From: an uncultured Clostridia bacterium
GTDB taxonomy: Bacteria > Bacillota > Clostridia > TANB77 > CAG-508
NCBI GenBank assembly: GCA_944386385.1
Contig: CALXAV010000009.1
Coordinates: forward strand, 3,615-67,614
DNA length: 64,000 nucleotides
Direction: 5' to 3'
Numbering within the stretch: position 1 is the first letter of the stretch; the number at the start of each line of letters is the position of its first letter. Both the position numbers and the translations under genes were made by a program. Shown here in pieces: positions 1 through 8,907 of this stretch. The notes below the pieces were generated by a model. The model saw only the letters and a program-made list of their open reading frames with translations. It was not told the origin of the DNA and searched no databases.

Positions 1-1177
1 CTACCGCTTCTTTCGTGTCTTCCTTACTAGAAAATGCAGTTAATCTAAAAAATCCTTCTCCACATTCTCCAAAACCTACACCTGGTGTTCCAACAACCGC
101 TGCTTCGTTTAATAACTTATCAAAAAATTCCCAAGATTTCATTCCATTTGGTGTTTTAAGCCAAATATATGGTGAACTTTCTCCTCCATATACAGTAAAT
201 CCTACTTTTTCTAACTCATCTTTTATGTATCTTGCATTTTCTTTATAATATCTAATATTTTCTCTAATTTGTTTTTGACCAACTTCAGTATATACCGCTT
301 CTGCTGCTCTTTGAGTAATATATGAAGCTGCTCCAAATTTAGTGCTTTGTCTTCTTCTCCATAAAGCATTTAATCCTATTTCTTCTCCATCTTTTTTATA
401 TGCTTTTAACTCTTTTGGAACTACAGCAAAAGAACATCTAACACCAGTAAAACCTGCAAGCTTTGAATAACTCCTAAATTCTACCGCTACTTCCTTTGCA
501 CCTTCTATTTCATAAATACTATGTGGAGTTTCTTCATCTTCAATAAATATTTCATAAACAGAATCATAGAATATTATAGCTTTATTTTCTTTAGCATATT
601 TCACCCATTCTTCCAATTGTTTTCTGGTCAATACAGTTCCTGTTGGATTATTTGGAGAACAAAGATAAATTATATCAACATGTTCCTTTGGAATTTCAGG
701 TGTAAAATTATTTTCTTCTGCCCCCTTTAAATAAACTATATTATTTCTTCCAAGCATTATATTTGTATCTCTATATGCTGGATATACAGGGTCCATTAAA
801 GCAACTCTATTTTCTTCTGATAATAGTTCTGCTATACCTGCTAAATCTCCTTTACTCCCTGCTGCAATAAACACCTCATCTTTATCTAAAGAAACTCCTC
901 TTTTCTTATACTCAACATCTAAAATCCTTTCAATTAAAAAGTCATATCCTTGAACAATTCCATAACCTCTAAAAGTTTCCTTTTTAGACATTTCATCTAC
1001 AGCTTTATGCATTGCTTCTATTACTACTGGAGCAAGAGGTAAAGATACATCTCCTATTCCTAAACTTATAACTTTCTTACCTGGATTATTTTTTTCATAT
1101 TCATTTCTTTTCTCTGTTATAGTAGAAAATAAATAATCATTTTTTAGATTTAAAAAATTTTCATTTACATTTGCCAT
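1..1177 (-). CDS. dapL: LL-diaminopimelate aminotransferase (DapL type); C-terminus runs off the window
   Basis: Own minus-strand translation from ATG at 1177 (RBS AAAGGAAGAG): MANVNENFLNLKNDYLFSTI..ISLGIGDVSLPL..SPNNPTG..SYSKLAGFTG. Open to base 1, so absent from the ORF track. Confidence 0.8.
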   Translation of the reverse strand, partial: MANVNENFLNLKNDYLFSTITEKRNEYEKNNPGKKVISLGIGDVSLPLAPVVIEAMHKAVDEMSKKETFRGYGIVQGYDFLIERILDVEYKKRGVSLDKDEVFIAAGSKGDLAGIAELLSEENRVALMDPVYPAYRDTNIMLGRNNIVYLKGAEENNFTPEIPKEHVDIIYLCSPNNPTGTVLTRKQLEEWVKYAKENKAIIFYDSVYEIFIEDEETPHSIYEIEGAKEVAVEFRSYSKLAGFTGVRCSFAVVPKELKAYKKDGEEIGLNALWRRRQSTKFGAASYITQRAAEAVYTEVGQKQIRENIRYYKENARYIKDELEKVGFTVYGGESSPYIWLKTPNGMKSWEFFDKLLNEAAVVGTPGVGFGECGEGFFRLTAFSSKEDTKEAV

Positions 1178-1229
1178 TATTTTCTCTTCCTTTCAAAATA
1201 TCGCATAAGAAGCCTTATGCGATACAATA

Positions 1230-2021
1230 TTATGGTCTTAACAAATCTTCTAAGACTACTTTACTTCCATATTTTATAATCATTGGAACTGATTTTGATA
1301 AAGTTACTCCTTCTATATTAGATTTAACATCTCTAGTTCCTGGTATTACAACCGCATCTTTTGGAATTACTATTTGACCATTTTCATTTGGAGTAATTAT
1401 ATTTCCATTTACATTATCATAAACTGGTGTACTTCCTGTAATTGTCACTCCTGCTCCAATTACTGCTCCTTCTTTTACTATTGTTCCTTCTGTTATTTGT
1501 GAACCTGCTCCAACAAATACATTATCTTCTATAATTACAGGATATGCACCTACTGGTTCTAATACTCCACCTATTATTACTCCTGCACCTAAATGCACAT
1601 TTTTTCCTATTTGTGCACAAGAACCAACTAATGCTAAAGAGTCTACCATTGAACCTTCATCAATATAAGCTCCTATATTTGTGTAACAAGGAGGCATAAA
1701 AGTAACACCTTTTCCTATAAATACACCATCTCTTATTGACACTGTAGGAGATACCACTCTTGCTTTCTCTTCTAAAGTTACTTTTCTTTCTCCCATAGTA
1801 TCTTTATCTATAGTTCCATCTTCAAATTTTATTACTTCTCCATATTTAAATCCTAGTAATATAAATTGTTTTACCCATTTATTTACTACCCATTCTCCAT
1901 TTTCTTTTGATGCTACTCTTACATTTCCTTTATTTAAATCCTCTTTAAATTCTTTCCATACTGTCATAAATTCTTCACGAGTCAACTCTTCTTTTTTTAA
2001 CATTTCAAGATATCTTTCCAT
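1230..2021 (-). CDS. dapD: Tetrahydrodipicolinate N-acyltransferase, E. coli DapD type (hexapeptide repeat)
   Basis: MPPCYTNIGAYIDEGSMVD..VGSCAQIGKNVHLGAGVIIGGVLEP closely matches the DapD core; hexapeptide repeats. Confidence 0.75.
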   Translation of the reverse strand: MERYLEMLKKEELTREEFMTVWKEFKEDLNKGNVRVASKENGEWVVNKWVKQFILLGFKYGEVIKFEDGTIDKDTMGERKVTLEEKARVVSPTVSIRDGVFIGKGVTFMPPCYTNIGAYIDEGSMVDSLALVGSCAQIGKNVHLGAGVIIGGVLEPVGAYPVIIEDNVFVGAGSQITEGTIVKEGAVIGAGVTITGSTPVYDNVNGNIITPNENGQIVIPKDAVVIPGTRDVKSNIEGVTLSKSVPMIIKYGSKVVLEDLLRP

Positions 2022-2079
2022 AATATCATCTCCTAAAATCTATTTTACTTCTGCTTGCATTATAGCATTTAAGATACCC

Positions 2080-2451
2080 TTAGTCAAATGACGATTTCTT
2101 ACTTTTATCAACAATTGCTTTTGTAATTGCTTGTCTTATTGGCCATGTTATTCTCTTATCTGCTATTCTTATTTTTCCATCATCTCTAAGTTTCTTTAAT
2201 ATAGAATTAATCACTTTAGTTAAATCTATATATAAGAAACCCGCCTGAGTATACTTTTTTGCCATACTACTTACCGTTCTTATAATTAATTCTTCATGTT
2301 CTAAATTTATACTATTATCATTATTCTTCTTAGCTATAATAATCCCATCTTCATTTACTAATAAATCATATTTTTCTTCTTTATAGCTTTTCTCATATAT
2401 TTTTTGCATCTCACTACTTAAATTAATTAGTAATTTATATTTATTATCCAT
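2080..2451 (-). CDS. Hypothetical protein (123 aa), last gene of the 6433-2080 operon
   Basis: ORF with host-like composition, 24 nt after the upstream gene. No recognisable motif. Confidence 0.55.
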   Translation of the reverse strand: MDNKYKLLINLSSEMQKIYEKSYKEEKYDLLVNEDGIIIAKKNNDNSINLEHEELIIRTVSSMAKKYTQAGFLYIDLTKVINSILKKLRDDGKIRIADKRITWPIRQAITKAIVDKSKKSSFD

Positions 2452-2475
2452 TCGAATCTCCTATCAATTTATTAT

Positions 2476-3570
2476 TTATTCATTATCCTCTAATTCATCA
2501 TCTTCATCATAAAAGAAATCTATATCATCAAAAATAGCTTCATCTTCATCTAATGCATTTTTCTCTCTTTCTTCTCTTTTTTTATCCTCATATTCCTTTT
2601 TATTTTCTTCTATATTTTTATAATCTTTTTCTAAATAACTATAAAGTTTTTCCATATCATCTATTAATTCTATATATGTTGTCCAACTCATCCCCATTGA
2701 TGAATACAGAAAACGTAATCTTTCTTCGTACCATGGATATTCTTCACAAACTCTTGGTCTTAGTCCTTCAAATGTTTCACTATCATATCTAACATTTATA
2801 TAATCTAACATTTCTTTAAATAATTTTGCTAATTTTTCTTGTTCTTCATTATATACATCTTGATAAGTTTGCCCTTCTTTTAATTCTATATCTATAAAAT
2901 CATATGCATGTTCTTTATAATCAGATTTTAGAAAATAAAAAATTTGGTCATAATAAAATATTTCTTCTACTTCGTCAACATCTATTACCTCTTCACCATC
3001 CATATAACGGTCTACATGTCCATAACAATAAATATCATAAAGATCTACTATTTCACTATGAAAATAATTATACTTTTCATTAATGACATCTAACCAATCA
3101 TTAAAATCCCAGTTAACATCATACTTTTTATTTTTGTATTGCATCATTTCTTTAAATAATGCTATAATTTTGTCTACTTTTTCCTTCTTTAAGTTTTCAT
3201 ATTTATTTTCATTAATTTTCTGTTTAATTGTTTCATATTCTCCTAATCTTACTAAGCTTTCATTATATAACCTTATACTCGTTTTTATTTTTTGTTCCTT
3301 TGACTCGTTTAAATAATCATCTTCCCATCTGCTAAAATTCCACATTAAAGTTTCGATTGATCCGAAATATATACTATTTGACTTAAATATTTCATCTATT
3401 TCGTCAAATATACTTTCATCATCTAAATCTATTTTTGGTAGCTTTATTTTTTTAACTTTTGCAATTTCCCTTACTAGTTCAATAGATTTTTCTACTATAA
3501 CTTTATAAATACTGTCATAATCTTTACTTTCCATTTCTTCTTTAAAATCTTCTTCTTTTAATTTTTCCAT
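2476..3570 (-). CDS. Hypothetical acidic protein (364 aa) with an internal duplication and an acidic/aromatic tail
   Basis: Repeated LFKEM(M/L)(Q/D)Y segments; C-terminal DDIDFFYDEDDELEDNE. No known family recognised. Confidence 0.55.
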   Translation of the reverse strand: MEKLKEEDFKEEMESKDYDSIYKVIVEKSIELVREIAKVKKIKLPKIDLDDESIFDEIDEIFKSNSIYFGSIETLMWNFSRWEDDYLNESKEQKIKTSIRLYNESLVRLGEYETIKQKINENKYENLKKEKVDKIIALFKEMMQYKNKKYDVNWDFNDWLDVINEKYNYFHSEIVDLYDIYCYGHVDRYMDGEEVIDVDEVEEIFYYDQIFYFLKSDYKEHAYDFIDIELKEGQTYQDVYNEEQEKLAKLFKEMLDYINVRYDSETFEGLRPRVCEEYPWYEERLRFLYSSMGMSWTTYIELIDDMEKLYSYLEKDYKNIEENKKEYEDKKREEREKNALDEDEAIFDDIDFFYDEDDELEDNE

Positions 3571-3583
3571 CTTTTCTCCCCTT

Positions 3584-4462
3584 TTAATTACGTTCTTGTT
3601 CTTCTTTATTTTTAGTCATTAATTTCTTTTTTTCATAAGCTTTTATAATAATATGTCTTAAATCTTCAGGTATTAATTCTAAAGCTTTATTTCTTAACTT
3701 TCTTGGTATTCCATAATATGCTTCTGAAATTCCACCTACCATACAAGCAATTGTATCTGTATCTCCTCCAATTGATATAGCTTTTCTTATTGAATCTTCA
3801 AAATCATTAGATTGTAAAAATATAAATATTGCTTGTGGTACAGTAACTTTACTTGTTCCATTAAAAATATTATTTTCTTGTAATTCTTCCAAATTATAAT
3901 CTAAATCATATCCATATTTTTCAGTAACATATTTTTCTATTTTGTCTTTGCTTTCTTTCTTCCTTGCTAAAAATATTGTTTCTGCAAGGCATTTCGCTCC
4001 TTTTATAGCTTGTTCACTATTATGAGAAGGTATAGTTGCTTTTTTAGCCTCTTTTTCAACCGTTTCTAAATCACCAAATAAAAATGCTACAGGTGAAATT
4101 CTCATAGCTGCTCCATTTCCTTGACTTGTACCATTTTCATTAGTTTCAGAGTTTGCCCATTTTATAAATGATGGAGAAAATGCATTTTTAAAAAACCCTT
4201 CTCTTTCTACAGGTTTACTTCCATACTTTTTTCCATATTTTTTCAAAGCTTCTTTATAGTCTCTATTATAAATTATAGCTTCTGCAATTGCTATTGTTAA
4301 AAGTGAATCATCACTAATAAAGCTTTCGTCTGTTAATAATTTAGTAGATGAATTAAGTATGCTTCTTCTTCTATTTACATTTATAACACCATTTCTTGAA
4401 TCTAAGAATTCTTGATATTCATACCTCGTTCCTGCTAAATCTCCTATTATTCCTCCTAGCAC
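3584..4462 (-). CDS. ADP-ribosylglycohydrolase family protein (DraG/ARH-like)
   Basis: N-terminal GGIIGDLAG..YE and C-terminal GGDTDTIACMVGGISEAYYG motifs typical of PF03747. Confidence 0.8.
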   Translation of the reverse strand: MLGGIIGDLAGTRYEYQEFLDSRNGVINVNRRRSILNSSTKLLTDESFISDDSLLTIAIAEAIIYNRDYKEALKKYGKKYGSKPVEREGFFKNAFSPSFIKWANSETNENGTSQGNGAAMRISPVAFLFGDLETVEKEAKKATIPSHNSEQAIKGAKCLAETIFLARKKESKDKIEKYVTEKYGYDLDYNLEELQENNIFNGTSKVTVPQAIFIFLQSNDFEDSIRKAISIGGDTDTIACMVGGISEAYYGIPRKLRNKALELIPEDLRHIIIKAYEKKKLMTKNKEEQERN

Positions 4463-4464
4463 TT

Positions 4465-4992
4465 TTACTCCTCATCACTAAATTTATTATATAATTTATT
4501 TGTTAATTCAATTAAATCATCTAAATTATCTTCATATTTATTTTGAATTTCTCTCATTGTTCTATATGCCATATCAAAATCATCTTTTGTAATATCTTTT
4601 TCATTAAGAGCATCTTCTAATTCATCCTCATCAAGAATTATTTGGTTACCATTTCTTCTTATAACCAAATCTAAATATAAATCATCAATATATGGTATTC
4701 CATTTTCTACGCCATTTAATTTTGCCATGTCAAAATACCATTCAATCAAATTCTTTTTATCATCATACATTACTGTAATTGCATATTTTTCATTATCAGG
4801 ATATATTTCCAACCATTCATAATTATCGTCTAAGATACATCCACTATAATCTTCATCATTAATAATCCAAGGATGTTTTACATTTTTTATTTTAACCAAA
4901 CAAATATATCCTTTAAAATAATCTTCATTTATTTGTTTTATAGAATATTCATTTTCTCCTTCTTTTACTCCATTTGCAAATCTTTTTTTCAC
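4465..4992 (-). CDS. DUF402 family protein (Ntdp/FomD-like nucleoside di/triphosphatase fold)
   Basis: YIDDLYLDLVIRRNGNQIILDEDELEDAL matches the DUF402 D-L-x-L-D ... LDEDEL signature; 175 aa is typical. Confidence 0.65.
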   Translation of the reverse strand: MKKRFANGVKEGENEYSIKQINEDYFKGYICLVKIKNVKHPWIINDEDYSGCILDDNYEWLEIYPDNEKYAITVMYDDKKNLIEWYFDMAKLNGVENGIPYIDDLYLDLVIRRNGNQIILDEDELEDALNEKDITKDDFDMAYRTMREIQNKYEDNLDDLIELTNKLYNKFSDEE

Positions 4993-5009
4993 AATAATTC
5001 ACCTCATTA

Positions 5010-5708
5010 TTAAAAATCATTTAAGTCTAGATATGTAATTTTTTCTTCCCTTTCGTTTTCTTGTAATTCTATTATACTTCCTCCAAGAAACGCTTCTAAA
5101 TCAATTTGTTTTCCATTTAAATATAATTTTCCCTTCATAAATGGCTTATATTTTTGATATTCTTCTACTTCATTACACATTCTTTCCTTTTCTACGGTTG
5201 GAATCCTCCCTGCATTTCGTATTCTTTGTTTTCTTTTTAAGAAATATGTTAAAGCCGCTTCATATATTGTAGAACTTCTATACTCTATATATGAATTAAT
5301 TTTTTTCTCAGGTATATTTAAACATTTACAATGCCAATACACTGGTCTATCTATATATCTATCATTAAAATATTTGTAAAATGCTTGTGAAAACAATGAA
5401 ACAATTTCTTGTGCTTTATATTTTCCCTTAGGTACTAATTTTTTTAATTTTTCACTATTTTCAAAAACAAAGCTCACTTCATCCGCACCTGAAATTGCTA
5501 TACAATTAAATTTATCTGAAAGAAACTTTATTGTCTGTTCAAAAATATCATTAAATCCTTCCTTACTTTCATCCAACAAATCATGTTTGATACTTTTTGT
5601 AATATCCTTTCCATCAAGTAATATCGCTATAGGTCTATTTTCGCTCATTTTTAAATCATATTTATTTTGTATATTTATAAAATAATTGTTCCATTCTTTA
5701 TTATTCAT
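5010..5708 (-). CDS. Thg1-like protein (tRNA-His guanylyltransferase / 3'-5' nucleotidyltransferase fold), intact paralog
   Basis: ILLDGKD (compare RLDGRxF), ISGADEVSFVF (compare SDEIS), KAQEIVSLFSQAFYKYF, NSYIEYRSS (compare YxxWRQ); ~230 aa. Start taken at MNNKEW (5708), 13 nt after the upstream stop; the track start is 5738. Confidence 0.55.
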   Translation of the reverse strand: MNNKEWNNYFINIQNKYDLKMSENRPIAILLDGKDITKSIKHDLLDESKEGFNDIFEQTIKFLSDKFNCIAISGADEVSFVFENSEKLKKLVPKGKYKAQEIVSLFSQAFYKYFNDRYIDRPVYWHCKCLNIPEKKINSYIEYRSSTIYEAALTYFLKRKQRIRNAGRIPTVEKERMCNEVEEYQKYKPFMKGKLYLNGKQIDLEAFLGGSIIELQENEREEKITYLDLNDF

Positions 5709-5721
5709 AATATCATCCAAT

Positions 5722-6433
5722 CTATATCGAATTATCAAACTCTATCAAATCAAAAAAATCATTTTCATCATTCCTGTTTTCTATACTTACAATATTTCCA
5801 TTTAAAAACTCATTTAAATCTATTCTATCTCCATTATGATATAAAACACCTTCTTTATCATCTGATATAAAAGAAAATTCTTCATAAGATTTACATATCT
5901 CTAACTTTTCTCCTAATTTTATACTATGACTGTTTATTCCATTTTGCTTTAAGAAGATATTTGTTATATTATCTAATATCTCTTTACTTCTAAATCTAAT
6001 ATATGATTGTACTTTTTCTTTTGGAATATTAAAACATCTACAATTCCAAAAAACTATATCTCCGATTATATAAATTATTGAAATACTCAAAAAAATATTG
6101 TGAAAATACTGATGTAATATCATGTACCCTATACTTTTTATCATTATGTATGGAACCTGCAAAATTTTCTACATCTTCTATAATAAAACTAATTTTATCA
6201 CTCCCACATATTGCTATACACTTATATTTATTAGTAAAAAATTTCTCAGTCTTTTTCATTGAATCAAAAAAATTATTTTCTTTATTTATTAATAAATTTT
6301 TTTCATTTTCTGACAAAAACTTTGCAGCCAAAGATACGATTAATGGGTTATTTATACTTACTCTCACATCATATTTGTTTCTAATATTTCCATAATAATT
6401 AAACCATTTTCTTTCTATCTTATTTTCTTCCAT
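5722..6433 (-). pseudogene. Thg1-like paralog split by a frameshift into two overlapping ORFs (6038-6433 and 5722-6162)
   Basis: ORF1 ends ..FFEYFNNLYNRRYSFLEL*. ORF2 continues in another frame with ..DIVFWNCRCFNIPKEKVQSYIRFRS, colinear with the intact paralog FNDRYIDRPVYWHCKCLNIPEKKINSYIEYRS. The shift lies near 6048-6065. Confidence 0.7.
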
Positions 6434-6636
6434 TTTCTTCCTCTTTATTATAAAATAATTGAGTAAGCAAGCTAAAAGCCTACTTACTCTTGCAATATAC
6501 TAATAACCAATGTACTAGTTCTACAAATGCATTCGTGGATTACGTTCCAACACTTAAATATTGCATATTTATTATATAATAATATTTTTCTTTAAACAAG
6601 TTTTAGATATTATTTTTTATAAATGCTTCATTTTTA

Positions 6637-7570
6637 TTATTTATTTTCTATTTTTTTAGCCTCTAATAATAATTTATCAAAATCTGATACTATTTTTTGT
6701 GTTTTATTAAATTGTTCATATTCCTTTTCTGCTTTTTCTTCCGCTTGTTTTCTCGATATTTTTCCATTATCCTTAAGTATATCATATTTACGAAATTCTA
6801 AAAATTCATTTACACTTTTTGCGAATTCCTCCATCGTAAAAGTATTTTCTCTTTCTACTAAATCTTCTATATAATCAAAGTAACCTGTAACTGCTCTTTC
6901 TAGCCTTTTTATTTGTTTTTCATTTAAATAATTTTTAGCAATCATAGCATCAGATTTTAATATTCTTCCATCAGGTGAATTTTTCCAAGTTTTTAATCCC
7001 ATATTTTCTTTTTTGTGATCTGCATTTTGATAAATTATTTCTTCTGCTGTATTGCCTGTAATTGCATAATGAAATTTATTTTGTACCATTGCATAAAACT
7101 TACGAGTTATCTCTGAATCTTTATCATAATCAATACTGCATTCCGCAAATATATCTGTTATTTGCTGCCATATTCTACGTTCACTTGCTCTTATCGAACG
7201 AATACGTTCTAATAATTCTTTAAAATAATCTTTTCCAAATTTAGGTCCATTTTTTAAAAACTCATCATTTAAAACAAAACCTTTTTTTATATATTCTTTT
7301 AAAGTATTTGTAGCCCATATTCTAAAATCTGTTGCCTCTTTTGAATTTACTCTATATCCTACTGCTATAATAGCATCTAAACTATAAAAGTTCGTATTAT
7401 ACTTTTTACCATCATTTGCAGTTATTCGAATTTTTCGAATAACTGATTCTTCTTTTAATTAGTTTGATTTAAAAATTTCTTTTAAATGATAATTAATAGT
7501 ATTTACTTCAACATTAAATAATTTGGCCATTGATTTTTGAGTTAACCAAAAATCTTCTTCATCATATAAA
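6637..7570 (-). pseudogene. RhuM-family (virulence protein RhuM-like) gene with an in-frame stop and apparently no N-terminal start
   Basis: 6637-7089 is the RhuM C-terminal half. Reading the same frame upstream gives ..FWLTQKSMAKLFNVEVNTINYHLKEIFKSN*LKEESVIRKIRITANDGKKYNTNFYSLDAIIAVGYRVNSKEATDFRIWAT.., with TAA at 7459-7461. Confidence 0.7.
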
Positions 7571-7574
7571 ACTT

Positions 7575-8147
7575 CTACTGATATGTTTTCATTATTTTGG
7601 CTTTGTCTTTTTCAATTTTCTTTTTGTATCTATCCTCTTCTGAAAAAATACAACCACAATATTTTTGCATGTAAAGTCCTATTTCTCTTGCTTTTGCTTG
7701 TCCCTCTCTAAAACCTACTCTAAAGTCTCTATATAAAAATTCCACACCATATTTTTTAGCTATTACTTCTCCTAGTTCTTTTATTATATCATGCTTTTGA
7801 TATGGACTAACTAAAAGTGTTGTTGATATAGTATCAAATCCATGTTCTTTTGCATATTTTGCAGTTTGTTCTAAACGAACTGGATAACAATAATCTTGAC
7901 ATCTAGTTTCTAATTTATTAGATACATTCTTACAAAAATCATCTAAGCCATAATTTTCTTCAAATATAGCTTCTACATTTATGCTTTTAGTATATTCTTT
8001 TAAGCAATCTCTTCTTGCTTTATATTCCATATATGGATGTATATTAGGATTAAACCAATATACTACTGGTTCTATGTTTTCACTTCTTAATTCATCAATA
8101 CAATATACACTACATGGTGCACAACAAGTATGTAATAATAATGTCAT
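7575..8147 (-). CDS. queH: Epoxyqueuosine reductase QueH (DUF208)
   Basis: LLLHTCCAPCS N-terminus and C-terminal CGC motif typical of QueH. Confidence 0.8.
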   Translation of the reverse strand: MTLLLHTCCAPCSVYCIDELRSENIEPVVYWFNPNIHPYMEYKARRDCLKEYTKSINVEAIFEENYGLDDFCKNVSNKLETRCQDYCYPVRLEQTAKYAKEHGFDTISTTLLVSPYQKHDIIKELGEVIAKKYGVEFLYRDFRVGFREGQAKAREIGLYMQKYCGCIFSEEDRYKKKIEKDKAKIMKTYQ

Positions 8148-8151
8148 TATA

Positions 8152-8751
8152 CTAATTCTCCTTTTTAATATTTTGTTCTTCTTTTAACTCTTTCCAATTT
8201 TCTATCCATTTATTTTTCTCTTTAGAAAAATTGTCTATTTTCTTATCCATAAAAAATGTTATGATAACCAATAGTACTGGAGCAACTAAAAATAGAATAT
8301 CCAATTCTATTGAAAAATCAATCTTGTTGTTATATTCAACAATATAAATAATATATGAAATCAGTCCAAGCCAGAATCCAATATAATTTCTCATTGATAT
8401 CAATATTTTAGAAGGTTTTGCATCTACCGGTTTTACTAATACATTCCTAGTCTCATATTTTATATTCATATCTTTTTCTAGAAATACGATTACATATGAA
8501 CTTATACGTGCAACATTTTTCTTATAGTGTACAAGTCTTGCAGTAAATGGAATTATAATACAAAATGATATTAAAAATAAAAACGGAACTTGCAAATTTG
8601 CTGTTACAGCAAAAGTCAAAATAGTAGCAACTGCTGTCACCATAAATGTTGCCAATGTATTATCTCTTTCTATACAATTTTGCATCTCATCTCTTAACAT
8701 TTTATATTCTTCCAATCTCTCTGCTTCTTCTGTTGTCATATCTTCACTCAT
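8152..8751 (-). CDS. Hypothetical membrane protein (199 aa, about 4 TM segments after a charged N-terminal helix)
   Basis: Hydrophobic segments in the translation. No family recognised. Confidence 0.5.
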   Translation of the reverse strand: MSEDMTTEEAERLEEYKMLRDEMQNCIERDNTLATFMVTAVATILTFAVTANLQVPFLFLISFCIIIPFTARLVHYKKNVARISSYVIVFLEKDMNIKYETRNVLVKPVDAKPSKILISMRNYIGFWLGLISYIIYIVEYNNKIDFSIELDILFLVAPVLLVIITFFMDKKIDNFSKEKNKWIENWKELKEEQNIKKEN

Positions 8752-8875
8752 ATTATTTTTCTCCTACTTCACTTTTTAATTTTTAATTACACATATTAAT
8801 ATAGTATATTTTTAAGATTTTTTCCACTATTTTATAAGAAGGAAGCAGTTTTTAATCTGCTACTTCATATAATTT

Positions 8876-8905
8876 GTGAACTATCCACCACCTAAAGGTA
8901 GTGGG
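8876..8905 (-). repeat. Solo hairpin related to the IS200/IS605-type right end at 24108
   Basis: Minus strand CCCACTACCTTTAGGTGGTGGATAGTTCAC versus the IS right end CCCATTGGCTTTAGACAATGGGTAGTTCAC. Same frame and TAGTTCAC terminus, with stem changes that keep the pairing. Confidence 0.5.
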
Positions 8906-8907
8906 TT

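Noticed and set aside
2022-2079. Lysine riboswitch upstream of dapD/dapL
   Set aside because: The gap is only 58 nt and has no L-box-like structure.
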